The translations under genes and the position numbers were made by a program. Positions 12,420 to 25,380 of a DNA stretch of 64,000 bases are shown piece after piece. How positions within the stretch are numbered: the stretch's first letter is position 1; the number at the start of each line of letters is the position of its first letter. Source of the stretch: Camelus dromedarius. Its lineage: Eukaryota. The stretch lies in assembly GCF_036321535.1 (NCBI RefSeq), contig NC_087436.1, positions 62,188,001-62,252,000 on the forward strand, written 5' to 3'. Under the pieces are notes generated by a model that saw only the letters and a program-made list of their open reading frames with translations, was not told where the DNA came from and ran no database searches.

Positions 12420-13689
12420 CATAGGCAAATTTAATTTAACTCTTAGTATAAACAAACAAATGTATAAATGAATAAGAGAAAAGGAAAGAGCTGTAAGAAT
12501 GCATGCAATGCATGGTATTCTGCCTTACTTTATTTGCTTATCCTCCAATAAATCTAAGAGCATAGATATGAACTGCTCTTTCCTCAGTCAGTCTCAATCC
12601 CCATGTAGTTTTCATCACATGAAAATCTCACTATACTGAATAAAAAAGATACTTATTTTTCACACTGATTGACCATCACATTTAAGCCATTCTTGTGTCC
12701 AACTGAAGAAACAGTTAATGATAAAGAAAAAACTCTCTGCATCCTTAGTGAAGAATTCATATTAAATTTGAAAATGATATCAACTATAAATTTTTTGAAA
12801 TTGTTCATTTATTTGGTTTTGACCCAAGTTGCTAAATTTAGAACATAAAAGTCAATTGTAAACCCAATTCTAGCATGAGTATCTCATCTCTTGACTTTCA
12901 TCTGTTAAAATATTTTTGATTTGGTAATATTGAAGCATGTGATTTTATGTATGTATATCTACTACCTTGCACATGGCAGATGCTAAATAAATCACTGCTT
13001 AGGATAAAGGCTAAGTGTACACATAAAAGCTAGTTAGTGTGATACCTAATACTGGAATTTAGGATCTTAGTTGGGTCACAGTGATGGTAACAAAGAAAAT
13101 GGAGCAGTTTCAGCAGATAAAGGAATTGTGAGCTTTTATTTCTGAAAGTTGTAGCAGGAACTCTGCAAAGTGTGGTACATGGAGATTGATTTTCAAGGAA
13201 GGGACTCTAAGCAAAGGAAGATGGAAGAGATAAACTGAAGGTTATAAGGTCAGCAAGAAATAGATTAGGAAATGTCAGGTTATAACTGCGTCCTGGAAAG
13301 AACACATAGAAGAGAGAGAAACTGAATTTGCAGATTTTCAGGTTGGGAAAGTGTTTACCAAGAGGGGATATGAATAAAATTCTTAAGGAGTTTATGTAAA
13401 TATGGATGTATTCTCCAAATTATTCCATAGTAATACTTAAAATTAATAAATGATTAATTGCAACTGAATTACATCTCTACAAAACAGGAAGGATATTTAC
13501 AGGATTCAAAACACCAAAGGATCACCTTAGAGTAAGTAAGTTTTAGATGGCTTTAGACTAATTAAGTGAAGAAAATCAGACCCTTAATTGGTTTCTGAAA
13601 GCTATTTGTAAAATGGAAATATATTCTTCACAAAGTTGTTGGGAAGTGAGAGATAAAGTTACTGCATAGATTTAAATCTTAAGACCTTG

Positions 13690-13855
13690 ATTTTACAAGC
13701 TTGAGCGTAGGCAAGTTACTAAATTCCTCTAAATGTCAGTTCACTAGTCTAAAAATAGATGTATTTATTTTTGTTTTGTAATTTTGTTGTACAGTATGAA
13801 TTATTAAATCTAAAGTCTCGCTTAACACCTGGTGCATATTCAGTGCTCTAAATAT
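13690..13855 (+). mobile_element. MIR SINE fragment
   Basis: GGCAAGTTACTAAATTCCTCTAAATGTCAGTTCACTAGTCTAAAAATAG resembles the MIR core. Confidence 0.55.
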
Positions 13856-14129
13856 GACCAGCAGTGGTCACAGTTAAAATATTACCATGGACCCAAAATA
13901 GTTCCTGAGCATTGACCAGGTTCTAACTGATTTCCATTTTAGCACTACATTCTCTCCTTCACTAGGGGATTTCTGCCATGTGAGAACAATATTCCCCCAA
14001 TGGCTTTTCTGAGAACTTCTACAGAAGGACCACAGAGGTGACAGCTCTCCTTTTAGTTTTATTACCATTAATTTGAATATGTTCTTAATTCTGCCTAGCA
14101 ATAATAATACATTTCTCTCATCCACACAC

Positions 14130-15732
14130 CCTCTAGAGCTATTACATGGCTTATCCTCTTTCAAACTTCAACATCTGTCACTCATCCTTACTCTCAGCTG
14201 TTGAATTTGCTTTTTACTTGTCTAAAGAATATAAAGCAAATCAAAACATGCCCACCAATTTCCACATTCACATTTATTTTCCTGTATCATCTGTATCTAT
14301 TAACTCAGTTTTTTATCCTGATAATAGTAAATGAACTCTCCTTGCTTCAGTCTCCAGCTAATCCTTCAATTGTGCAATAGTTTGTCTACTCTAGTCAACT
14401 CAAGGTCAGCCCTTCAGCAATTGCTCTCCTTTTTAGGATCATCGTTTCTTTGGTCTCTTCTGGATCAACTTTATTAACAGAGAAACATTCTACCTTTTTG
14501 CCCATCTTAAAAAATTTTATCTTCATTTGCATTCCTCCTCTAGTTATTTCTTTACATTTATGCTCACACTTACAGCAAAATTCTTTGAAAGAGTTGATTA
14601 TACTTACTGTCCTAATTTTTTCCTCCTAATCTCTTTTAAACCCATGCAAATTAGTCATCTGTCCCCTTTTCAAACCCATCTTGTCGATTTGACCAGTGAC
14701 TTCCATGCTGATAGATATAAAGTCATTTCTTGGTCCTCATCTTAATAGAAAACCCATGGCATGTTGGTTGATTACTCTCCCTTCTTTTCTTCTCCTGTAT
14801 TTCAGGTTTTTCTAACTTCTTCAATTTATTTCTTCTCATACTCTTTTTTTCTGGTTTTCCCTGCCTGATCCTTTCATGACAGTGATTCAGGACTCTCTCT
14901 TTAGTCTCCTTGTACACTGATTTATACTTACTCCTTTGTTAATTTCATCCCCCTATAATGGGTGTACATATTGTATGCTTATTCTCAAATGTTCACCTCC
15001 AGGGTATACCATTCTCCTGAAATACAGGCTAATATCAGTCTGCCTACTTTGGCACCTCTACCCAGATGTCTGTAACAGACATCTCAGACACAGCATGTCC
15101 AATACTGAACTATACTCCACCACTCAAAACTCTGCTTCTCCCACAAACTTTTTCATCAGTGTTGATGAGAATGCCATCTTTCCAGAGGTTCAGAACAGTA
15201 ATTCCTCCACGGCTTCTTCTTTCACACTCAGTCATAGCCAAAGTTCATGTGGCATTTTAGAAGGCACTATATGATCTGACCTCTTCAATCCTGCCTTCTC
15301 TTTAACTCCTCTTGTTTACTGACTCTGTGCCTATCAAACTGACTTCATTACTATCTAGCAAACATCTCATATAAGGTCTTCCCTTTCCCCCTCTTCCTGA
15401 AATTGCTTTCTACCTTTCCACCTGTCTCAACTTTTCAAACTGACATGTCATTTTCTTCAGTGAGGCCTGCCTGTTTTGACTATCCACCTCATCTCCAACA
15501 TTCCCTATACCTCTTATTCTGCACCAATTTCTTTTATATTATAGAATCTATTTCTTTCTAATACACTGTAGAACTTACCTATTCATTACACTTAATTGTT
15601 TTTTCTTTTTCTACCTCTTTCAACTAGAATATAGATGCTATAAGGATTTTTGTCTCTTTTATTCTGACACCTAGAACAGTGCTTGGAACATAGGAGGTGA
15701 TCAATAAGAAGTCATTGAACAAATGAATGAAT
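14130..15732 (+). mobile_element. L2 LINE, long 3' portion
   Basis: Pyrimidine-rich L2 body ending in the canonical tail CCTAGAACAGTGCTTGGAACATAGGAGGTGATCAATAAG...TGAACAAATGAATGAA. Confidence 0.8.
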
Positions 15733-15777
15733 TACTTGCTCAGAAAGATAATTCTTAATGTTATTAAAAACTAAATA

Positions 15778-16458
15778 TAGTCTGAAGTCAGGCAGCATGA
15801 TTCCTCCAGCTCTGTTCTTCTTTCCCAAGATTGTTTTGGTTCTTCAGGGTCTTTTGTGTTTCCATACAAATTTTAAGATTATTTGTTCCAGTTCTGTGAA
15901 AAATGCCATTGATATTTTGATAGGGATTACATTGAATCTGTAGAGTGCCTTCGGTGGTATAACCATTTAAACAATACTAATTCTTTCAATCCAGGAAAAC
16001 AATATAGCTTTCCATCTGCTTGTGTTGCTTCAATTTCTTTCATAAGTGTCTTAGCATTTCTGGAGAACAGATCTTTTACTTCCTTAGGTAGGTTTATTCT
16101 GAGGTTTCTTATTCTTTTTGATGCGTTGGTAAATGGGATTGTTTCATTAATTTCTCTTTCTGATAGTTCATTGCTGTTGTATAGAAATGTAACAGTTTTC
16201 TGTATAGTAATTTTGTGTCCTGCAATTTTACTGAATTAATTGATGAGCTCTAGTAGTTTTCTGGTAGTGCCTTTAGGATTTTCTATGTATAGCATCATGT
16301 CATCTGCAAACAGTGAGTTTTACTTCCTCCTTTCCAATTTGGATTCCTTTTGTGTCCTTTTCTTCTCTGATTGCTGTGGCTAGGACTTCCAATACTATAT
16401 TAAATAAAAGTAGTGAGAGTGAGCCTCCTTGTCCTAGATTCCTGATTTTAGAGGAAAA
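15778..16458 (-). mobile_element. L1 ORF2 reverse-transcriptase segment (inverted 5' part of a 5'-inverted L1)
   Basis: Minus-strand translation gives [35 protein letters not shown], then [13 protein letters not shown] (FADD at 16299-16310), through GGIMLPDFRL. Confidence 0.92.
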
Positions 16459-17095
16459 AGCACTAATTCAAAAATATTCATGCACCCCAATACTCATAGC
16501 AGCATTATTTACAATTGCCAAGATATGGAAGGAACCTAAGTGTCCACCAACAGATGAATGGATGAAGAAGATGTGATATGTATAATATATATAAGTATAA
16601 TAGCCTCTAAGTATTTTTTGTGTGTGTGTGTGTGTGTGTATATACCCACACACATAATGGAATACTACTCAGCCATAAAGAGGAATGAAATTTTGCCATT
16701 TACAACAGCATGAATGGACTTGGTGGCTATTATGCTAAGTGAAATAAGTCAGGCAGAGAAAGACAAATATTGTATGATATAAATCATATGTAGAATCTAA
16801 AATATACAACAAACTAGTGAATATAACAAAAAAGAAACAGACTCACAGATATAGAGAACAAACTAGTGGTTACCAGTGAGGGCAGGGAAGGGGGAGGGGC
16901 AGTGTTGGGGTAGGGTATTAGAAGGTACAAACTATTATGTATAAACTAAGCTATAAGGAAATATTGTACAACACAAGGAATACTGCCAATATTCTACAAT
17001 AACTATAAATGGAGTATAACCATTTAAAAACTGTGAATCATATTGTACACCAATAACACATAATATCATACATCAACTATACTTCAATAAAAAAA
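16459..17095 (+). mobile_element. L1 ORF2 C-terminus, 3'UTR and A tail (sense part of the same insertion)
   Basis: Translates CTPILIAALFTIAKIWKEPKCPPTDEWMKKM. The 3'UTR ends CAACTATACTTCAATAAAAAAAG. Contains an internal (TG)n. Confidence 0.92.
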
Positions 17096-17851
17096 GCAAA
17101 TAATAGTGGAACAGAAAGCAATGGTATACTGCCTATGAGTCTGTATGCATTGAAGAGCTGAAGGTTTTAAGATTGTGTAGAGAGGAATTAGTACAAAATC
17201 CCATTTCATCATAGCATCTAATAGTTGTAAAATGTAACTTCTGGGAACATCATATACTTACTGACATGTTTTCTGACTTAAAATAATTTTTATCTCATGA
17301 TTTTAAATATGCCAACAAATATTTATTCTTAAAGCCCCTTTTAATCATGAAATTTAAAGAATTTCATTTGGATTAAAATTTTAATTCAAATGTTACTATG
17401 ATCTCAAAAGAGCAAATTCTAATTTCTAATTCTACATGTTATCTAAGACTGAATATCAGCACACTGGAAACCACTCCTAGAAAAATGTTAAATACCATAA
17501 GCCATTAAATTCAGATTCTATAACCTACCTATCCATTTGAACATTTTAAATATATTACACTGCATTTAAAAAATGATTAAAATATGTCACAGACAAGTGA
17601 TAGTTTTGTTTTTAAGATGACAGATCACTTAGGCAGAGAAATGGAAATTCCAAATCCCAAAATACACATCTGAGATTTTAAAAAACAGCCTAGCAGTAGT
17701 GGAATTTTAAGTGAAAAAAGTATGTTCTCACATACCACTAAAAGAGCATGGACATTGTCACTGGGAGAGGCAAATGCTGGGATTCAGCTAGCAGTTTTAA
17801 ACTATTTTATCTAATAAATTATTTCCAAAAATATTAATAGAAAAAAATTGA

Positions 17852-17975
17852 GGGGAGGGTATAGCTTAGTGGTAGAGTGCATGCTTAACATGCACGAGGT
17901 CCTGGTTTGATCCCAATACCTCTATTAAAACAAACAAACAAATAAACTTAATTACCACCCCCCCCAATTTTTTTA
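17852..17975 (+). mobile_element. Camelid-type tRNA-derived SINE (Vic-1-like)
   Basis: GGGGAGGGTATAGCTTAGTGGTAGAGTGCATGCTTAACATGCACGAGGTCCTGGTTTGATCCC carries A/B boxes, followed by an AAAC/AAAT stretch and TAATTACCACCCCCC. Confidence 0.85.
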
Positions 17976-19159
17976 ATGTTAAACCCTAGCTAAAAGTAAT
18001 GCTTTTAATGGCAAGTGATTGATCTCTGCTATCCAGGTATCATATAAACTATATAATGATATACTTAATAATAATAATTTTATTATTATTTAACTTTTAG
18101 TGAACATATACTTTGTGATAGACACTTTTCTGGGAGCTTATATTAAAGCTCTTCAATTTGAAAATTAACTTCTTTCTCAGAACATTTAGTACGTTCAGTA
18201 CTTTCTTATTGCATTTTTATGTTGCTTTGTGTGTCTTTTCCTCATCATACTGTAACTCCTCATGTACTTGTATAATCTATAAGTCACAGTTGCATCCATG
18301 TAGCTTGACACCTAATAAACAGTCAACTAGTATTTATGTATTTTAACTAAACTCTCGACATTTAACACCTTAACTGGAAATAAAATCGGGAGGAATTTGG
18401 AGAATCTATTTCAATTTCTGGAAAGGAGAGGCAGGAGTTTACTTGGGGAAATGCCTGGGTACGAGAGCAATGTCAAGAGACAGCTAGATATGAACTAATG
18501 ACCATATAATTATGGCAGTTGCCTCTTCCACTACATTTTTACTCTCTCTCAAACCACGAGGCAGAGTTATTATAAAATTTGGTTGTTTGGTAGCTACTGC
18601 AACTTGACAGCTAAATACATTATGTGGACCAGAGTATATAAGTAATATAAGGTGAATCGATAAAGTTCAAATAAAGTCATTGACAATGCTGATCCACCTA
18701 ACAATTATATGACATCACACTACGCTTCCCTGACAGGCTTATGCTTTTATATCCCATTAAAGCATGGGAAGTAACTCTAAAAGTACTTTCAAATAAACTG
18801 CAAAATAGAGTATGCCAGATATACTGAGCACTTTTTTACAGAGCACCAGTTTAATGGTCCATTTTCTACTTTTGACTGTGAGAATATAACATTATATGGA
18901 TGACCCCTCAAACATGTAAGAGTGTTGTAGGTTTTTGAATGTCATATATTTCCTGTGGTATAACTCTTATCTTAGTTCTTAATTTCCCCTGCCTTAAAAA
19001 TCTAGAAAGAACCCTTTCACACCTTGCATACAAAAATGTTGAATAAAAATGCACATTCCAGTCACATGCTTTGGTTTTCTTTGGAAACAAGGATGAGAAA
19101 ATGTCTTTATTTGGCTGATAGAGGTTTTTTTTTTTTTTTGCCATGTTGTATTCTAATTT

Positions 19160-19350
19160 ATTTTTAAATAGACTTGATTTTTTAGAGCAGTTTTAGGTTG
19201 ACAGCAAAATTAGGAGGAAGGTACGGAGATTTTCAGTGTCTTCCCTGCTCCCACACACACATACCTCCCCCAGTATCAGCACTCCCACCAGAGTGGCACA
19301 TTTGTTACAATCAGTGAACCTAACGAGACACATCATCACCCCAAATCCAT
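19160..19350 (-). mobile_element. L1MB-like extreme 3' end
   Basis: TTTTTTAGAGCAGTTTTAGGTTGACAGCAAAATTAGGAGGAAGGTACGGAGATTT...CATTTGTTACAATCAGTGAACC. Confidence 0.8.
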
Positions 19351-19639
19351 GCTAGAGTATTAGTATAAGTATTAGCCAACTAAAGAGGTGGAAGTGAGTC
19401 AATAAAAACGAAGTCATATGTATAAAAAAGACGCATTTAATATTTAAATATAATCTTTTGTTGGTTAATGTTTAGAGTTTTTTTCTTCTTTTTGATGATT
19501 CTATTTTACAAATGTCTCTGGGTTGTATGAAAATTAAGAAGTCGTCAGACATTTTGGTTATATCTTGCCAATAAGGTGCTTGGGAAGGCATCCAATCTTT
19601 CCTTGGAAGTCCTTAATCCAATCCCTGGTGGGTTGTCAG

Positions 19640-20030
19640 ATGTCTGAAAGCAGCAGGTGGCACGATCCTGTAGTCTGAATGTGTCATGACACCAAATTGT
19701 AAGGCTGTCTAATTCTCTGTTGATTTTATTATTTTTAGATGCACTGTGTATCTCTTCCCGTAACACGAATCAGACTCCTTCAGGTGCCAGGTTTTGAGAA
19801 TTTGCAACCTGACAAACTAGACCTGTCATAACAGTTCCTTAAATAAAGAAGATGCCGCACACCCCAGTTCCCAAACATGCCAGATACCACGGCCTTGGGG
19901 TCACGCCGGCCGCCGCCGCATGTGAGACTTGGCCAGCGTGGAGGTGTGCAGGTAGCACAGCTACGCTGCCTCGCTCCAGGTGTGAAAAGGAAAAAAAAAA
20001 AAATCAGGTTTTCATCAAAGTGCCTTTGAA
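19640..20030. promoter_or_regulatory. Candidate cis-regulatory element (orphan CpG-rich patch with CTCF-like and TCF/LEF-like motifs)
   Basis: 10 CpGs in 19851-19980 against a CpG-poor background. GCAGCAGGTGGCAC at 19650-19663. CATCAAAG (20013-20020) lies next to CCTTTGAA (20023-20030). No repeat recognised here. Confidence 0.4.
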
Positions 20031-21174
20031 TATTGTTCCTCCTGAGAAGGCTGCCAGCTACTGTCCTTTCATGCTTACCCTTTATACTGAACCGCACTCA
20101 AAAGCCTTTAAAACTCATTGATGATTCAACGTGCTGCTCAGTCACAGTACTTCCTGTAGCTGGCATCCCAGCTTGAGACTAAGTTACATTCACCCTAAGA
20201 TTTAGGTGAAGGAACAAGGTGCCTTGAGAGAAAGAACTCACACTAAGAACACTGTGATAGAGTTTTGTTTCAAGGATAGTGAGTCAGGATCAGAGAAAAA
20301 GGGTCATAGCTCTCTCTTAGTTAATCTCTCCACCCAGCTGCCAGGGACACATATACCTCAGTCCTTAGGCAAGACCATGGGAAGGAAAGAAGAGTTTCAA
20401 ATAAAAGTTCCCTTTGTTCTTTCCAGCATTATCTACTCAAGAAATTGAACACATATACTTCAGGTATGTCATTGTCAGAAACTTCTACAACATTGGGGAA
20501 AAACAAGACAAAACAGAACAACACAACACTGATTTCAGCAAGAAAACAAGACAAACGTCAGCACTCTCAATATTGGGCATTAGCAGCTCCATTATGATAA
20601 TCGATGGAAACAACTCTCTGGCAGAAGCCTTGGGGATCAGTGCTCTGGCAACCACCACAGGTACAGGAGTGTCTCCTTTGATGGAGTCCAATGACAGAGC
20701 CCTTGTCACTCTTGGAAGACTCCATTAGATTAGTGGCATCACTGCCCCTGCTTTTGTCATTAAGAGTAACAAGCTACACTAGTATCACAGAGACCTGGAG
20801 TTAGAGGGAGATGGGCTCAAATAATTGGTTCATGAAACATATTTGCAACATAACCCTGGAGGTTTAGAAAATTACTGGCAGGAAGCTGAATACATCTTAT
20901 CTTTTGTATTATGGAGAGGAGAAATGTGTGATTTTAATTATTGTGATGCTATTCCCACTGTCTGCCGGAAAGGCTGGGGTATATGAGCAATATTCACATG
21001 GTTATTTAAAATAATTTAAGGCAAAAGCTAAATTGGATTTAGAACTAGTGACTCAGTAGGAGTATGAATTGAGTTTAGAATACAGGATTGGGATGGGTCC
21101 TTAAATAGAAAAAAATCGACACCCTCAGGGATCCTCGTTGCTCATTTCTTAGATAAAACTAAGTGTATTTGGGC

Positions 21175-21395
21175 CAAGTGTGGGGACAAAAGGGAACAAA
21201 GTGAAGCCTCTACTCTCAGGAAGTTCATATTCTAGTGCAAGAAAGACAGCAAAGAGATAAGCAACTTAAAAAATAAATTAAAAATCATATCTTGATAAAT
21301 ATTATGAAGAATAATAAGAATGAGTTACCAGAAAATGACAGGTAATGCTACTTTAAAGATGGTGGTCAGGGAAAGCCTCTCTGAGTAGGTGATCA
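21175..21395 (-). mobile_element. L2 fragment
   Basis: CTCTACTCTCAGGAAGTTCATATTCTAG...GGTGGTCAGGGAAAGCCTCTCTGAGTAGGTGA matches antisense L2. Confidence 0.65.
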
Positions 21396-22169
21396 TAGTA
21401 ATTTCTTGTGTGATTTAATAATTCTTGCTGTTCAAAAAGTCAGTAACCTTGCTGTAATGATTTTATATGTCTCTTCCTAATTTCCAAGGCATATGCATAT
21501 TTAGAAAATTGAGTGCTGTTTCACAATGGAATACATAAAACTATTGATTTTCCTTTTGAATGCATGTGGTTCCTCTCAGGTCTTCAGATGGTGGGGTTTT
21601 ATTCTACTTAGAAACACAGGTCTTTATTCTTCATAACTGTGCTTATGCATTGACTCCAAGCCTATTTTATAATTTTTAAATTTATTTATAACTGTTCACA
21701 CCTACACGTATTTTTCTGTTGATACACTTGTGGTCTAAGTTGATATAGAAACAAAGGTATACTGCTTTACATACAGATAAAGAGAGAGACACACATAGAT
21801 AGAGATCAACTACTATAGTTTTCTATTAAGGTCTTTGGCCTCAGATGTGGTCTTGCATGATGAAAACATGTCTTATTCTGGGACAAGTCCCAAAATGCAG
21901 TTTCATCTCTACACAGTTGAACAGAGACTAACTTCTAGGAGGTATGTGGATCACGCTGTCATTTCAAAAAGTCCAGAGCAAATGCAGCTGGTGTTTATTC
22001 TGAAGCCTGGGTCAAAACAGAGCAAGTACGCTTTACCAAGAGTAGCACTTCCTCTCTAGTGGGTGTCCATAGACACAGATTTTGAAGTTTCTCAAAGAGA
22101 GCATAATTCTTTATTTTTAAAATTTACTTTCACTATAATAGAATCAAAATATGTTACTTACTAAATTTT

Positions 22170-22610
22170 CATGCCTTAGACAAAAATATTTCAAGTAGAC
22201 AGGGCTCTTTGTGCACATGTTAAAGAACCCAAACTGGAACACTGTCCCAGTTCTCTGAAGCTTAATATCCTCTTGTGGATACAAGACATACAGCAAGAAA
22301 AATAATGAAAATACAAGAAATAAATGTAAATGCAAGAACCATGTTGACATCATAGATCAAGATAGTGGAGGAAGCACTAACTGAATATTACCAGTATGGA
22401 CTGTGCCTACAATGACCACAAGGTGTAGTTAAGAAAGCTTTTATGAAGAACTGAGAACTTGAGCTAAAATCTTAAGGGAGTTTATCTTGGGAGATATGGA
22501 AAAATCATTGAGGGTGTTGACTGGAGGAAATGGGACAACAGGAATGTTTCAGAAAGTAATATTATGTTGTAGAATGGAGAATAGATTAGAGGAGGGAGAG
22601 ATGATCAGAT
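22170..22610 (-). mobile_element. L2 fragments
   Basis: GTCCCAGTTCTCTGAAGCTTA... and AAGAAAGCTTTTATGAAGAACTGAGAACTTGAGCTAAAATCTTAAGGG resemble antisense L2. Confidence 0.5.
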
Positions 22611-24379
22611 AAACATTATACTTAAACATTATACTGACATGAAATTAGTTAATTTGGCAAGATGTTATATATTTAGGTTTCACCAGGCAGAAATTGGTGT
22701 TTATAATAATGCACTTATTTTCTAACAACACTATGATATTACTGCAATTCTTTTGGATTCTCAGTTGCATAAATTAAATGCATAAATTAATTCCCTTCAA
22801 GAACGAGGAGAGTGCTTTGGAAATTAGATACATGGTGCCAATGGGGAATAAAAGCAAATGTACAGACGAGGTCCACAGGGAGGGAAAAATAGTTAGATAA
22901 TGGAGTAAGGACAAGTTGGCAATCTTAGCAAAAATGAAACAACAGATGGGATATAATTTTTGTGAGTCCTCACACAGATGGTTCACCAGATGGATTCTGT
23001 TGGGTTCAAACAGCTTATGTGTGTTTTTCAGCTGCTTATCATGATAGGCAAGGCCACTTCTGTGTAGGCAAAATCTTTGCTTGGTTCAGTTTATTGAAAT
23101 ATAACACTGAAATAAATTGGTAGTTGGTGGCATAATATAAAGAATTTTTATTAACTGCCATTTCTAATTAGACAGAGATCTGCAGATAATGTTATTTTGA
23201 AGACATTGGAATTCAGAAAAAACTCATAGGTCATAGTTTACAAAATGTAATTCAGTGACTTTATGTAGGTTAGAAGATTTGGGGTCTTTAATTTGGATTT
23301 CAGCTATTAATTGACCATCATCTTTTGAAACTTTACTTTTAAAAATAACTTCCAGTTAAATAACACAAAAAAATAGGATTTAATAAGATTGTAACTGAAG
23401 AATGATTTAAATATATCAAGAAAAAATTTCCATATAAATTAAACCCACTCTATATTGGTACTCAATATAATATAATATAGTGCATTTTGGTTGATAATTA
23501 TACTAGTAAATGTCTATTAAATATTATCTTAATAAATGGTGTAAGTCATTATCTTTAACAAACTGCTATTCTGTATGTATGTGTGTGAGCTAATTCTGAA
23601 ATATTCAGTACCATTCAGAACTATTTTCCTTCTTAGAAGGAACATCCCTTAGGTAAAAGGGAAAATCAAGAATAAAACATTCAAACATTATGTGTCTTCA
23701 ATTAATTACCTCTTATTAAAATATAGTTATATAGATTTGTGGCACAAACAGGGCTCTACTTTGATTTGGAGGCTGCCCTTTCCACTGTTAACAATATAAG
23801 ATCTTAATTTGTGTGGTTTTAAATTCTTGCAGGAGGAATTTTTCTTATTGTAGCAATTGTAAGGCATCAATTTGTAACATCAAAGATCTGATATGTCTGG
23901 AGACACAAATAGCTCCAGTATGTTTCAGATATAGTTCTCTTTAAAGACAAATACATCAGTGGCAGAATATTTTAAAACATATACAGACTTGTATTGCTTT
24001 CCTAAATATTTTTATATTTGTTACTTCATTTGGATTGTATGACAGTTATTTGAGGTCAGCATGGCAAAGATAACCAACCCCATTTTACAAAAGAGGAATG
24101 TGGGCTTGAGAAAAAGTAATGACTAACTAAGCTTGCACACTTAGTTGATGTAAGCTTGAACTCTGGCTTACTGCTATCTAACCATTCTTACTGAGAGCCT
24201 GCTGTACCAAGTGCACATGGGCTGAGCCCTGACATGAAGTATGCAACACAAGGACCCTAGAGATGGTATCTATTCATAAGGAAACCAAACCACATTGATG
24301 ATTTTATTTATTCTCTCAACAAATAGTTTTATGCTTTATGATTATACCACTTTTTTTTTTAGCTGAGACTTAATGATTC

Positions 24380-25380
24380 TTGGAAAGAAAGAAGCCACTT
24401 TTACTATCATAGAACTTACAGTTATATTACAACATAATATAATCACACTTATGTGGTAGGTGCTTTGGAAACAGAAAAAAGAAAGAGTGCCTAAGTCCAC
24501 CTGAGCATGTTTAAGAAGGCAAAAACTGACGTTTCTTATAATTTTGAAGAAGCTGAAACACTCTAGTCAGAAGAGGGGCAAGGTTCTTCAAGAGAGTAGA
24601 ACACACAAATTACGTGCACACACTAGTACGCAAACATTTCAATATTGCTCAAGTATAAATTCTAAGCCATAGAGTGACAAAAGATGAGAATTGGCACAGT
24701 TGTAGCAGACAATTAATGACCACAAGACTGAGTAAAGAGATTAAGGTTTCTATTCTCCAAGTAACATAAAGCTACTAGAAGTTTTGAATAGAGGTCAAGC
24801 TGGTGAAGTGTTATTAAAAATGATCATACTGCAGTAGTTAAGAAAGATTTCTGCAAAAAATACAGTGAGGGAAATAAGAGACTCTGAACTAGGCTAAAAT
24901 AAGTGGAAATAAAAAAATAACCATAGAAATATTAAAGTGTTTGAGCTGTGAGAACTTAAGTTGTTAGTTGCATTTGAAAGGGAAAAATTGAAGGGCTGAA
25001 GAAAGATGAAAGGCTGTAAAATGACTCAGATTTCTAACTTGAACCATTTGATGTATAATGATGCCATTCATCACGGTAAGAATTAAAGAAGAAAGATCAG
25101 ATTTGGTTGTTGGTGATGGGTTGAGGGGAATCAGGGGGTACAGAAATTAAGCAGATTAAAGATTTAATTTCATTTGTAAGAGGCTAAATTTGAATTCCCT
25201 AAGGGATAGCGATATTTGTAATTTGGGTACAGATTTAGTAGAAAGCACCCTACATTTAGGTGTTAAAGCCTTTCCTGAATGACACTCCCTAGGAATAAGT
25301 GTACGAAGTAAGAAAAAAAGACTATCAAAGGAAGGGAACACTGATATATAAGGTGCAGGAAAAGGAAAAGAAGTCTCTAA
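24380..25380 (-). mobile_element. L2 fragment, highly diverged
   Basis: Purine-rich antisense L2 motifs, e.g. AATGACTCAGATTTCTAACTTGAACC...ATGATGCCATTCATC. Confidence 0.6.

Noticed and set aside
17852..17925. Possible tRNA-Ala gene
   Set aside because: The acceptor stem is not complementary, it carries a SINE tail, and a second diverged copy exists in the window, so it is a SINE.
19480..20097. Possible processed pseudogene (ORFs 19545..19766 and 19780..20097, nearby A/T tracts)
   Set aside because: No recognisable protein in any frame and no matching TSD pair. Kept only as an alternative explanation for the CpG patch.
20414..20728. 104-aa + ORF and overlapping 74-aa minus ORF
   Set aside because: No recognisable family, no convincing splice boundaries, and the length is compatible with chance.
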